DNA of 64,000 bases from Guillardia theta CCMP2712. Its lineage: Eukaryota > Protista > Cryptophyta. The notes under the pieces are model-generated. The model ran no database searches and was not told where the DNA came from. It saw only the letters and a program-made list of their open reading frames with translations. Shown in pieces: positions 25,232 through 39,142 of this stretch. The stretch covers positions 105,128 through 169,127 of the forward strand of contig NW_005434581.1 in assembly GCF_000315625.1 (NCBI RefSeq), written 5' to 3'. The number at the start of each line of letters is the position of its first letter. Position 1 is the first letter of the stretch. The position numbers and the translations under genes are program-made.

Positions 25232-28200
25232 ATGCTCAACGGGATGGCTCCAAGAAGGCTTGAGTCGACGAGGAGTATCAGAAGCATACGAAGCAAGGAT
25301 GGGAAGGGGCGGCAGAAGGAAGCATACACCCTGGGAGCCATCCTCTCTCACCTGAGAACAAGGATCTTGTCACTGGTGGGGGAGGAAAGCGTGCATGAAG
25401 TGGACGAGATGCTAAACAAGGAGAAGGTGATGAAAGAAGTCGAAGAGTTTGCGAGGGAGGGAGGCAAGTCGAAGCTTGTGTTCTTCTTGCAAGCAGACAG
25501 TCAAGAGGCCGAGGATGGCGCTGCTGCCAAGCCAAGGATCTTCCTTGTAGACCCACAAGAGAGTGTTCTCGTGGACAGGTGTATTTTCTTCTTGAAGCGC
25601 AAGTCGGACAGCATCAACGCAGACACTTTCGAAGAAGATGTCATGGTCGGAGACTTCTGCACCCCATTGCTTGACAGCATCTCCCTCCTCCTCTCCGAGG
25701 TTCACAGCCCGATTCTGCACGAGAAGAGCTACGACTGGAAGGGGATCGGAAAGGAGACGGTGTACACGTGCCTGAGCTGCGTCGACCAGCTCATGAACCA
25801 GGTGAACGAGGAGATGAGCACCATGTACGGGGGGGTGAGCCTCGAGCCGGTGGAGGATTGGATCATGGAGGACCCCCGGGCCGCCGAGGGCTTGTACAAC
25901 AAGATGGCGCTGGACGACGAGGTGTTGGGGTACATGGAGCTGGTTCTGGAGCAGTGGTGCATTCAGGTACACACGGTCTTGCACGAGAACGAGATCAACC
26001 GAGTGATGTCGCTCGGCCCGCGATCAGAAACAACATGGTGGCGCAAAAGATCCACAAAGTTGTTCAAGATCATGGAGCAGCTCAAGGGTAGCCAGGCGAA
26101 GCTTGTGCTGGGGGTGTGCACGGCAGCCAAGTCCAAGGGTGTGAAGCGTTGGAGACAACTGGATGAACAGATGACAGATGCAATGAATGATGCAAAAGAC
26201 AACGTCCGGTTGCTCTCAGACATTGATCTCTTGCTGGAACCCTTCTACTCTGGCGATCTATCGCAGGTGAAGCTAGCTCTGCCGGATCTGTTTGCAAGGC
26301 TGAAGATGATATGCTCTGTGTCGAAGTACTACAACACTCGGAGACGAAGCACTCGTCTGTTGTTCAAGGTCGGACATCAACTGATACAGATATCTCGTAA
26401 AACTCTGCATGATGGAGGGAAGATTCTCGAGCTTGAACCTGACAAGGCGTTGGAGAGTGTGAGAACAGCCTTAGAGCTCTGCAGACGGTATGAAGAACAT
26501 GTCGGCAACCTCCGGGAAAGACTGCTCTCGCAGAAAGGAAAGAGTTTGAACATCAAGAATGAAGATGTAATGGAAGAAGTAGCTCAGTTCATCACACGGC
26601 TCGAGGCGGTCGAGGTGATCCTGGAGACTATCCATCAGTTTTCAACGCTTAAACGAGCCCCGATAGACGGACTCGATGTGATCAAGCTGGCATTTGACGA
26701 AGTGCTAGCCCTGTTAAGATCCAAACCTTACGACATCCTTGATCACTCAGTGACCAAGTTTGAAGAAGACTTCCACGAATTTCAAGAAAGAATATCAGCC
26801 ATCGAAGTCTCAATACGTGACTTCATAGAAGTTTCCTTCGATGAAATCCCCAGCATCGAATCTGCTCTGGACCTGCTCTCCAAGCTTGAATCGATCCTAC
26901 AACGGGACTCATTCAAGGTGCACCTCGAAGACAAGTACAACCTGATCTTCTACCATTACGGTCAGAAGCTGGAGAGCATTCAAGAGATGTACGACAAACT
27001 GAAATCGAATCCTCCCCACCTAAGGAATGTTCCGACTGTTCCCGGCAACGTCCTGTGGGTGCGACATCTGCTGTACATGGTGGAGGATCCAATGAAAAGG
27101 TTCAAATGCAGTAAAGTCATCATGACGGCACCAGAGTCGAAGAAGATCATCCGCTTGTTCAACCGGGTCGCCAAGACTCTCATCGAGTACGAGACTCTCT
27201 GGCTGCAAGCTTGGTTCAAGTCCATCGAGCAGTCCAAGATTGGTCTGCAAGCCACCTTGCTTGTTCAGCACCCTGTCGACTCTCGACTTTGCGTCAACTT
27301 CGACCCAGCAGTCACCCAGCTGATCCGAGAAGGTAAAATCTTACGTCGTCTCGGGATCAAGTTGCCCACCTCAGCTCTCAATATTCTCCAGCAGGAGTCC
27401 AAGTTCAAGAGCTACTACGACAGCCTTAACAACTTCCTCAGCGAATATTACAAGTTCCTCAACCGCATCCCCAAGAGCGTCCAGCCGCTGCTGGAGTCTC
27501 ACCTGCAGGAGATGGAGCTGGTGATCCGACCGGGCCTCGTCTCTCTGACTTGGCAGTCGATGAACATCGACGGTTACCTCGTCCGCATGCACAGCTTGCT
27601 GCTCAAGCTGAGTGTCCTCTTGCAAGGAGTTTCAGACGTGTTGGACCTCCGTGTCGCCAAGAACCTCAGTTTCATCCGAAACATGTCTCTCATTCGCTTT
27701 CCTGAAGAAGGCAAATTTTCTATCGACGAGTTCATAACGTTGCAGAAGCAAGAGCTGCAGAAGTATGCAAGCTTTCTACAGGGGAAACGGTCAGAGGTGC
27801 TAGAGAGCCTGCATGAAGTCATAGACAAGATCAGACATTTCTCATCTGAGTTTGGCAACGAGTGGACCATTCTTCCGGATCGCATAGAAGATTTCATGCA
27901 GTTTCACTGTAACTCATTCTATCACTCAATCTTGTGTTCTGTTCGAAGATCTTTCAACGATATCAAGAGGCGACTGGGGTCGAGGGTGCATGCGTCATTC
28001 CTGTTTCTAGAGAGACCTTTCTTCAACCTCGATGTTGAGCTCTCCATTCCCAGCATCGTCGCTCAACCTTCACTCAGTATAGTTCAAGATGCGATCAATG
28101 AAACCGGGAGGTTGGTTCTACGAGCTACCAAGTCGTTGAAAGTGATTGCGAGCTCCTCGAGCAACAACAAGAGTGAGACTTACTATGATAGAATAGCAGC

Positions 28201-31200
28201 AGATCGCGTCATCGTGCAATCGGTATTGCTCCTTGCTGGCAGCGTGGAGGGATCGAGGAGGACTGTGTTGGAGTACCTGCAGGGCTTTCAACGATTTCAG
28301 TTCCTGTGGGTGGAGGACAAGCTCGCTGCCTACTCGAGTTTCGTCAAGTCGAAGCCAGACCTCTTCCACTATGAGGAACAGTTCATGAAGTTCTCGCGAA
28401 TAGAAGCCGACATCAAGGCCATCGCTCCCATGCACAACATCGGCTGCATCAGCCTCCGCACCCAATCCCTCAAGTACTCTCTCATCGCCGAGACCTTGGC
28501 GTGGAAGTCCATGTTTGCCAGGAAGCTGCACGCCAAGGCCAAGGAGGAGATGGACTCGCTGGTATCCTTCATTAACACCAACGTGGAATGGCTCAGCAAG
28601 GAAGTCTCGACCATCGAAGACGTCGGCATGTCCCTGCAGTGGCTCCGCGATCTTCAAAGCAAAGAGAGTGACATCGAACAACAGATCGTTCCAATCGAGA
28701 ACATGTACAATATCTTAACCAAGCACGAAGTCAGGATACCCAAGGAAGAGGCAGAGACTTTGATGAATTTGAGAAAGATGTGGGATAGAGCCATTGAAAT
28801 GGGCCATGAAAGAAGCTCCAGGTTGTCAAGCTTACAAGCAGGCTTCCGTCGAGAAATAGTCAAGTCTGTGAAATCGTTTTCTCTCGAAGTGATTCAGTTC
28901 TGCAATGATTACGATATGAACGGGCCGATGCTCGCAGGCCTAGCAAATGCAGAGGCCATGGAGCGTTTAAAGAAGTATCAGGTGTTGTACAGCGAGAAGG
29001 AGGCGAGGATGAGGTCCTTGCAAGAGAGGGAGGAGATGTTTGGGTTGAACGTGACGTTCTACAAGGATCTTGACAGAGTGCGGCAAGAGATCGAGCTCTT
29101 CAACTCTCTTTACACCTTGAACGCGAGGGTCGAGGAGCACATCTCCCACTTCTCCGAGAGCCTCTGGAACGAGGTGCAGGGTCAGATCCCCTTTCTCGAG
29201 TCTTCGCTCGAGAGCTTCGCGCACGAGCTCGAGAGCCTCCCGGCCATCCTCCGCGACTGGTCCGCGTACAAGAGCCTCAGGTCGACCATTCGTGACACCC
29301 TGGCGGCCGTTCCCGTCCTTTCCCTCCTTAGCCATCGGGCCATCCAGAGGCGGCATTGGGTACAGATCATGAACACAGGGGGACAGCAGGTGCTGCTTGC
29401 TCACTTGTGGGCTGACGACTCACTGACGGAGCCTCGCAGGTCAGCCTGTGGAACCTAGACCCGGGCTCGATGAAGCTGAAGCAGATACTGAACCTAAACT
29501 TGACTTCCATCCAGGGAGACATCGACGACATTTGTGAGAGCGCGAAGAAGGAGCAGGAGATGGAGGACAAGGTCTCGTCGCTGAGCGAGCAGTGGAATGA
29601 CAGGCAGCTCCTGTTCTCCGACTACAACGGGGGAAAGTCCTCGATCCTCGACCCTCACGGGATAACCGAGCTGATGGAGACTCTCGACGTGTCCATCAAC
29701 GACCTGCTGGCTATCTCCGGCTCCAAGACGGCTGAGGCGATCTCGGAAGACATCGAGACATGGCTAGCGAAGCTGTCGGAGGTATCGGAGGTGATGGAGA
29801 TGTGGAACCACGCGCAGTCCATGTGGATTCATATGGAGCCCATCTTCTCCGACGGGAACATCTCCTTGGAGCTGCCCAATGATGCGAAACGATTCGCTAA
29901 GATCGATCTCAACTACTCGCGGCTCATGTCTAGGGCCCTTCACAACAGGAACGTGGTCAACTCCTGCACATCAGACCATCAGATCAAGAGCTTGCTGCCG
30001 CACCTGACGGAACAGCTCGAACAGTGCCAGAAGTCTCTCGTCAACTTTCTCGAGAGAAAGCGCGACGCTTTCCCGCGCTTCTTCTTTGTTTCCGACAATA
30101 TCCTCCTCACGCTCTTGAGCGAACAAGAAAGCTCCTCATCTCTCGAGCAAAACCTGTCGACGATGTTCTGCGGCATCAGAGGGTTTGTGAGCGAGGGATC
30201 GGAGAGCGGGGGGAGGGAGATAACGGGGGTGATCTCAAGGAATGTTTCGGACGAGGAGAGCGTGCTGTTGTCAAACCCCGTCAGTCACAACTCAAAGTTC
30301 GAGCTGCTGCTCCGAGACGTCTTGTCCGAGACGCAGGTCAGTCTGAGGCAGGCCGTCCACTCAGCCATCAAGAAGGGAGTTGCGTACGTCCTGTCTGACC
30401 TCCTCGACAACTTCCAGGATCAGGTCTGCACTCTAGCACTGCACGTTCACTGGACTCAGGACACGATACATGCCTTGTCTCGGGCTAAGACCGAGAAGAA
30501 CCTGATGAACGCGGCCAACAAGCGGAACGTGAACAACGTCGTTGAGCTCACGAAGTTGCTCAACTCAAGCTTGACAAGCCTGCTGAGGGTGAAGGTCCAG
30601 AACCTCCTGCTGCTGCAGTTGTACCTCAAGACCTGCTTCGAAGAGATGTTCAACCTCAAGGTCTCGAGCCCCGACGACTTCTTGTTCCTCCGGCATGTGA
30701 ACGTCTTCTTCATGTCCAGCGATGAAGCCCTGGACGTGAGCATCGCTGGGATCAGATTGAGGTACGGGAACGAATACCTGGGACTCAACAACCGGGTGGT
30801 CGTGACGCCGACGACTGATCGATGCTTCGTCTCCTTCTGCCTCTGCCTCTCATCCCTCAGCTGCAATCACTTTGTGGGGGCAGCAGGATCGGGGAAGAAG
30901 ACCACCATCAGGGAGTTTGCTCGCTTCTGCGGGAGGTTCTTCGTCTTCTTCAACTGCAGCGAGCTAGTGGACATCAGCTACATGGAAAGGTGCTTCAAGG
31001 GCGTGCTCAAGAGCGGCTCCTACGGCTGTCTCTTGCACATCGACAAGACCCTGGCCAGTGTGCTCTCAGTCAGCTCCCAGTATCTCTTCGACTTCCTCCA
31101 AACTTTCAGGGCCCGGCAAGCCTTGTCCCTAGAGGACAGCCTTGCGGGAGCCAAGAAGCAACCTGATGCCGCCATGTTCTTCACGTCGGCCGTGCTGCCG

Positions 31201-34200
31201 GGGGGGGCGAGCCTCCCGCACGTCTTGCCGTCCCTTCAGCATCACCTGCGGACATTCATGGCCGTCAGCCCCGACAAGCAGGGGATCCTCGACGTGAAGC
31301 TTGCCTCGCTGGGGGTCGAAGAGCATCTGAAGCTCGCAAGGAAGCTGAATGTGCTGTCTGACTTGTTCCCTTGCGTCATCAACAGAGTTGAGTATGTGCC
31401 GATCATCAGCATGCGCAACCTGATTGCAATCTGCAACAAGGTCGGCAAGTTCAAGCAGGAGGGTCTCCACAGGAGCGACACCATCTCGCTGCTGGTTGCG
31501 ATCAAAGAGAATGTTCTGTCGTGTCTGCACACGTCAGACAAGATGCTGGTGATGGGCTTGCTGGCTGACTTGTTCCCCGGTCAAGAAGTGGACGTGCCGT
31601 ACAGTCAAGACCTGCTGCAACTCAAGGACGGGATTGTGAACCATCTCACCAAGGAGAAGATGGACAAGCAGCCTCTCTGGATAGAGAAGATCCTCAACAT
31701 CTACGACGGGATCTCAACTCGTCTCGGTGTGGTGGTGATCGGTCAGTCTGGCCTCGGAAAGACTTCCATGATATCAACTCTTGCGCAAGTCCTCTCAAAC
31801 CAGGAGAACCCGCACAAGGTTGCCATCCAGCGAATGTTCAGCAAGAGCCAGGACGTGTCGCAAATGTTTGGACACTTCTGCCCCTCCACCGGCAAGTGGC
31901 TGGACGGGACCTTCTCCTTCCTCTGGAAGAGATCGACCTACCAGAACGGCTTCAACACTTGGATCTGCCTTGACGGATCCATCGACGACTCGTGGGTCGA
32001 GCAGCTGGGCTCTACCCTGAGCGGCTTCCAGGTGTTGAACCTGTCCAACGGAGATCGCATTCCTGCCAAGGTCGGGACCAACTTGATCTTCGAGACAGAC
32101 AGCCTGCAGAACGCCTCTCCTTCCTTCCTCTCCTCGACCTGTGTCGCCTACGTGTCTTCGTCTGCCCTGCCTTGGCGCTCTGTCGTGAACAAGTGGATAG
32201 AGGAAAGGAACACAGACGAGAGGACGCTGCTCCGATCACTCTTCGACAGGTCCTGCCCTTCCTCCCTCCCTCCTCCATCTCGCTCTTGCTCGCTCTCTCT
32301 TCCTCTTTTTCTCCTTCACTCAGAATCTCAGTCCATTCTCTCCTGCTCGCTTACCCGCACGTTCGCAGGTACTTGGATCAGGTCCTCCACTTCTTCAAGA
32401 TGCAGTGCTCCAGGACTATGGTCACGTTTGACAACTACGTTCCCCTCGCCATCACCCGCTACTTTGACTGCGCTTGCAAGTACCTTGACTTCCGTTGGGA
32501 CTCCAGCGGCGAGCCGTTCCTCGAGAAGGTCTTCATCTTCTGCTTGTGCTGGGCGTTCGGAGGTGTCATGGAGCCTGGGGATCGAGTCAAGTTCGGTCAG
32601 TTCCTGCACACCATGACTGACCTGCTCCCGACGGTTCCGTTCGGCGACACCCTCTTCGACTTCTTTCCTGATGACAACAGGATGGACTGGGAGCACTGGA
32701 AGACGAGGGTGAAGGAGTGGAACTATCAGAAGCTTGTCCTGCAGGAGCTCTTCGTGCCCTCGATCGAGACAGTCCGCAGCGACTACCTCCTCAAGTTCCT
32801 CAGCACCAAGAAGATGAACGTCCTGATCACGGGGACCCCAGGCTGTGGCAAGTCTACCCTGATGCAGCGATACCTGTCCAGCCACGACAGCGACAAGTTC
32901 ATATGGAGTTACATGTCGCTATGTCCGAGCTCGACGGTCGAGTCCTTGCTTGAATCTCTTCACTTCATCATCGAGAAGAAGCAGGGGCGCACCTACCTGC
33001 CTGAGAACGGCAAGGCCTGCACCGTCTTCGTCGACGACATCAGCTTGACTCCTGTCGACCCCTGGGGCGAGCAGAAGCTGTGCGAGCTGCTGCGGCAGCT
33101 GATGATAGACAACGGGTACTACAGCCATGAGCTGCCGAGCGAGTGGCGGACATTGATCGGGATCAACTACCTGGCAGCCATGAGCCACCCAGCACACACT
33201 CAGAAAGACATCTCAGTGAGGATGAAAGCTCAATTCGTTGCGATGAGTCTGGGGTCGACGAGTGACACGTCAGTCAACCAGATCTACTCTAGAGTCTTGG
33301 AGCGAGTCTACAAGAAGCGCAAGGCCAGGGATGAGCTGCTGGCGATCGCCAAGAAACTCCCGGAGATGACAAGTAGCCTACTGCAGCACGTGCGATCCAA
33401 CCTGATAGTGAGGAACAAGAACCCCCTGCACACCTTCAACTTCCACGACATGATCGCCATCTTCACGGGAGTGCTCAGATGTCACCCTGAAGACATGGAG
33501 TCTTGCAACGTGCTCGTCAGGCTGTGGCAGCATGAGTGTGAGAGGACGTTGAAGGACAAGCTCGAGGATGAGCATGAGAGAGACATCGTTGCTGCGGGAG
33601 TCAAGTCCGTGCTTGACACCTTCAGCATGTCGAGTCACCTCAAAGACGGCTCGACCAGCGGCGAACACTGCTTGTTCGGGGTGTTGGGCAACGGGAAGCG
33701 CTCTTACTGTCACGTCTCTGACATGGAGAAGCTGACGGAGGACGTGGAGATGTGCATGGAGGCCAACGGGTTCAGTCGCGAGCTCTTCGATGACGTCATC
33801 AATCAGATGCTGAGGATCGCGCGAGCCATCGGAATACCCCGCAAGTCGATCATGCTCGTCAGTCTGCCTGGGTCAGGGAGGAAGTGGATTTCTAGGCTGG
33901 CAGCTCGCATGTTGTCATCGGACGTGGTCGAGGTGGACTCGACTCACAACTTGGAGGAGACGATCTTGACCTGCTACAAGACAGCCGGCCTGGAGGCGAA
34001 GCCCGTGACAGTGATAGTTGAAGATGCTGTGTTCGGGGACACGATGTGTTCTGAGACGTTGAACCAGCTGTTGAGCCATGGGAGGTATCCTTCACGGATC
34101 TCGAGGGTTGAACTTCAGAACTTCTCCGAGCTGATCCAGAAGGCGATAAAGAATGAGAGCCATACCCTCTTCTCCAACCGCCAGCTCCTTCGCATGCTCG

Positions 34201-37200
34201 AGTGCAGAGCCTGGGACAACTTGCACCTGGTCTTCTGCTTCGACCAGTACGAAAGGCTCCTGAAAGCTTGCAACGAGGTTCCTGCCATCCCCAAGTCGTG
34301 CTACGTTGACGTCTTCCTTCCTTGGAAGCCCGAGACCGCCCGGCAGGTCGCCTTTTCTCAGCTCAGAGATCTCCAGCTTGACTTCCAGGCCGACCCGGAG
34401 GTGATCTCAGCCTACGTGGCTGGTGCCCACACGCTGGTGCTGAGGAAGTCGAAGGAGTACGAGAAGAAGGTGAGGAGGGAGCTGCACGTGGGGCCCGGGC
34501 TGTTCCTATCGTACCTCGACACCTTCAAGCGGATCTTCCGCAACCAGGTTCAGTTCATGTCCAAGAAGATGGAGAGGACGCACGGAACCCTCAAGAAGCT
34601 CAGAGACGCGGGGTTTCACGTCGCCGAGCTCAAGAGCAGGCTCAAGGACCGCAGCATGGAGCTTGCGGACGCGCAGGCAGAGTCTGCGGGGATGCTGCAG
34701 GATATCAGCGACATAGTGAAGCAGGCGGAGAGGATGAAGGCGACGCTCATGACGGCCAAGAACCGTCTGGCCGAGCAGTCGCAGATGCTGCAGCAGGAGC
34801 GGGAGGGCCTCCAGAAGGACTTGGACTACGCCACCCCCTTCATCTCCGAGGCCTTCGAAGCCGCAAAGTCCATCCCCCCCGAGGAGGTGAAGTCGCTGGC
34901 GGGAAACAAGAACCCTCCTTTCACCACCCGCCTCATCTTCGATACCGTCCTCATCGCCCTCGCACGGCCTCTGAGGCCCGTGGAAGTGATTGACGGGAAG
35001 CTCTATCGGGACTCGTACCTCTACGTCGCTGACCTGCTGGGCGACGAGCAGCTGCTGGAGAAGCTGGTCAAGACGTGCGAGTCAAAGATCAACGGGGAGA
35101 CGGCTGAGCTGCTGATGCCTTACCTTGAAAACAAGGAGTTCCGTAACGCCAGCGCCAAGGTCTCGTCAAACCTCCTCCTGCTCGTCTCCTCCTGGGTCCA
35201 GAACCTTGTGAGGTACTACCAGACCATCGACAGGAGCTCGGTGAAGAAGTCGAGGATCGCGTCCTTGGAAGAGTCCGTGGAGGTGCTGGGAATGCAAGTG
35301 AAGGAGATCCAGTCGGAGTTGGATGTGGTACAGGAGGAGCTCGACAAGTTTCAAGACAACTTCGACGACTCGCTCAAAAACAAGCAGGCGGTGGAGAAGG
35401 ACGAGAGCACCTTACAACAGAAGCTATCCATCTCCACCTCCCTCCTCACGAACCTCCAGCGCGAGAGGATACAGTGGATGAATGACCTGGAGGAACGCAA
35501 GAACGAGATGAAGAAGCTCGCGGGGGACTGCGGCATCGCCTCTGCCATGATGGTGTACCTGGGGCCCTTCAGCAAGGACGCCAGGACCGAGATCATGCAG
35601 TCACTTTCTTCCTGGTGCCACGAGTGTGAGATCGAGTTCTCCCACGAGCTTCACGTCCCCAAGTTCTTCACCACCCAGAACGAAATCAGCTCCTGGTTCC
35701 TCCAGGGCCTCCCCTGCGATGAGTTCTCCATCCAGAACGGCATCTTGACCTGGTACTGCAGCAAGCCGCCTGTCCTCATTGACCCACAGGAGCAGTGCGT
35801 CACGTGGCTGAGAGGGAAGCTCGACCCTCTCGTCGTCCATGGGGCCGCGTACGAGCACTCCATGCATAAGATCGAGAGCTCCGTCGTGCTGGGACGGGAG
35901 CTGGTCATCGTCGGGATGGAGGTTGACTTTCCCCGGAGCCTCCTCTCCCTCGTTCAGAACTTGAACGCGTACAAGAGGACCTCGGAGACCAAGTGCAGCC
36001 TGCTGGGCAAGGAGGTGGACATTCACAGCAACTTCCGGCTGTTCCTAGTCACGAACGCGAAGAGAGCAGGTTTCAAACCTCACATGTTTGACAAAGGAAC
36101 AGTCATCGACTTCTCCATCACGTTCAGCGGCCTAGAGGATCAGATCCTCAACACGGTGCTGCGGGAGGAGAACGCGACCCTGTACCAGGAGAAGTTCCAG
36201 CTCATGCGCAGGATCAACGACTTGCGGGAGAAGGTCGACGAGATGGACGAGGTGCTTGTGGAGGAGATCTCAAGACTCGACGGCAACCTCCTCGACGACC
36301 AGCCCTTCATGCAGAGCCTGGAGCTCAAGATAGCGACTCTGCACGAGACGGAGGAGGAGCTCAGCGCGGCTGAGGAGCAGGAGGCGGACGTGACCTCCAA
36401 GTGCGACGAGTATCGCTCGTTGGCGACCAGGGGAGCACACCTCTACACGGCAGTCTCTGACATGGCCGAGGTGAACCCCAGCTATGTCACCAACTGCAGC
36501 ATCTTCCACCAGGTCTTCACCTCCGCGTTCCCTGAGCGGGAGCGGATCATGTCGTTTGACAGCAGGCTCTCGTCCCTCCTGCAGCATTCGACGGACGCGG
36601 TGACGAGCTTCTTCTCGGGGGGGTACGACAGCAAGCACCGCATGATCTTCATGCTCCTAGTCGCCCTCAAGATCGCCCTAGGGGAGCAGGAGCATGCCGA
36701 GCCCGACTACCTCCTCTGCCTCGCTGGCTGCGGGTCGAGCCTGGAGATCTCGCTGGGACCCAAGAAGCACGCGGCCTGGATCTCCGACGCCGCCTGGCTC
36801 AATTGCGTCTTCCTCTCCGAGCGGATCCCCAAGTTCCAGAACCTGCTGGAGTCGCTGCACAAGAGTAACAGCGCGTGGAAGGGCTGGTACGAGAAGGAGA
36901 GCCCCGAGACCGACGCGTCTGTTGACCCCGAGCTGGACCTCCTGCACCGGCTGCTGCTCGTGCGAGCGATGCGGGAGGACAGGCTGTGGTTCGCTTGCGA
37001 CCTCTTCGTCCGTCAGACCGTCGGAGCGTCGAGAAGCCGAGGGTTCACGGAGCTGAACCTGGAGGAGAGCGTGCGGTACACCTCCCCGCGCACTCCCATC
37101 CTCCTTTTCACCGCCAAGCACGAGGACAGCATCGACCTGGCGACGGAGTTTTCGCGATCCAAGGGGAGGAGCCTCAACGTCCACGCGTTCGGGGAGGAGG

Positions 37201-38927
37201 AGCTGGGGGAGGCTGAGGGGCAGATCAAGCAAGCTGCCTCCAGGAGCTCCTGGCTGCTGCTGCATCACTGCGACAGCAACCAGCCTCTCATGCGCTTAGT
37301 CGAGACCTTCCTCCTCTCCTCCGAGGGCTCCTGGGACCCTGACTTCCGCCTGTGGCTCACGGTTTCGGAGAGGTCGCGGGTACCCCAAGAGCTCGCCCGC
37401 ATCTCCGTCAAGGTCTCTCGGGACAGGCCCAAGTCCATCAGGGACTCGATCTCCCTCTTCCGGCCCTCCTCCCTCCCCCTCGGCCCCTCATCGACGGAGG
37501 GAAGCAGGAGAGTCTGGGACACGTTCAAGACCCGCTGGCTGCTCTGCTTCGCGATTCTCCAGCAGAGAGGAAAGTTCTCCTCCTCCTCGTGGAACTCTCA
37601 GCTGGACCTGGAAGCGACCGACTGGAAGTACTCCAGCAGCGTGCTGGAGGACTTTTGCAGCTCCTTCCAGGACAGGTACGGGCTGAGGGAGATGGTGATG
37701 AGGATGAAGGAGCTGGTGGAGCAGCACCTGGTCGGGTCGAAGCAGCAGGACGAGGTCGATCGCAAGGTGCTGGCGACTTACCTGGACAGGTTCCTCGTGG
37801 AGAACTTGAGCAGCCAGCAGGTAGCCGAACTCCTCCAGGACCCCGCGAGCTCTGAGGTGCCCTTCGACCATATGCTCGACCTCCTCCCTCCCTCCGACGC
37901 TGCTGCTCAGTTCGGACTCTCCTCCTACCACGACCAGGCGTACAGGGTGAAGCTCGCAGACCAGCTCATGGAGGGGATGAAGCTGCTGACAACGCCAGCG
38001 GAGGAGGAGCAGGACGTGGAGGAGGTGGAGGAGGTGGTCAGGGACATCGCAACCAACATGCTCGCCAAGGTTCCTTCCCCGTGGAACACGGAGCAGGTGA
38101 AGCTCAGCACCAAGGGCAAGTTCAGCCGAGCTGCTATCACCATCTTCTTCAACCAAGAGATCGAGAGGATGCAGCGGGTGCTGAAGCTCGTCAGAAACAC
38201 CCTCCAGGCCCTCCTGCTCTCTATGTCCGGCACTCAGCAGCGGAACGACCGGACCCGCGTCCTGCTCAACACGCTCTTCGAGGCCATGGTCCCTGCTGAG
38301 TGGCTGGACGTCTCCTGGAACGTGACGTCACTGGGCGAGTGGATAGCGAACCTGATGCAGCGTCACGATCACCTGGCCAAGTGGATGGCCAAGAAGTCCT
38401 CGAACCAGTACTGGCTGGGCGGCATGTTCAACCCCCACGGCTTCCTACTTGCCATCAAGCAGGAGGCGGTGAAGAAGAACTTGTCCGCCGGCTGGTCTCT
38501 CGAGGATCTCTCCTTCGACATCCAGCCTGCGAGCGCTGCGAGCAAGCGGGAGACGCACGGGCAGGAGCAGGAGTTGTCGCAGGGGAACGCGGTCATCCTG
38601 TATGGCCTCTTCCTCGAAGGAGCCTCGTGGTCCCAGCGAGAGAGCGGCAGGCTCGTCGACCCTCCAGCTCGCACCCAGCTCAGCGACTTCCCTCGCCTCC
38701 TCCTCTCCGTCTTCCGCGAAGTCTCCACCAGCGATCCCAGCGCCGACCCCAGCTCGCACGCGGGGATCCGAGACACCCACGGTGTCATCTACATGTGCCC
38801 CTGCTACACCGGGCTGAGAAGGAGCAGGGAAAGCCTCCTCTTCATGGTTCCCATCTACACCGAAGAGCCTGCCATGGTCGCCCGTTGGACCCTCCGAAAG
38901 GTCGCGCTCGTGGCGAACAAGTTTTAA
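25232..38927 (+). CDS. Dynein heavy chain, axonemal outer-arm (DNAH5/8-like) architecture, highly divergent motor; introns at 29390-29439 and 32250-32368; true start may be ~25063
   Basis: Three long ORFs join in frame across two GT-AG introns; N1 tail, linker (KRDAFPRFFFVSD), YGNEYLG..VVTPTTDRC, P-loops GQSGLGKT and GTPGCGKS, coiled-coil stalk/MTBD, GLPCDEFSIQNG, GLEDQIL, WLGGMFNPHGFL and C-terminal YMCPCY..WTLRKVAL. Confidence 0.97.
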
Positions 38928-39142
38928 TCCGCCCGTTAGCCTTAAACTTCTACTGCTCGTACTTGAGAGCTTATGCTGGTCTTGAAAATTTCCTTCTACT
39001 CCTCCTCTTCTGCTGCAGCTCCTCCTCCTCCTCCTCCTCCTCCTCCTCCTCTCATCTCCCGTAGCTATCCCTCCTCCTCCTCCTCCTCCTCCTCCTCCTC
39101 CGCCTCGTCCTGCTGCTGCTGATCTCTTGCTTCCACCTCCTC

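Noticed and set aside
25232-38927. Three separate dynein genes or a frameshifted pseudogene
   Set aside because: Both frame changes are explained exactly by GT-AG introns (29390-29439 and 32250-32368)
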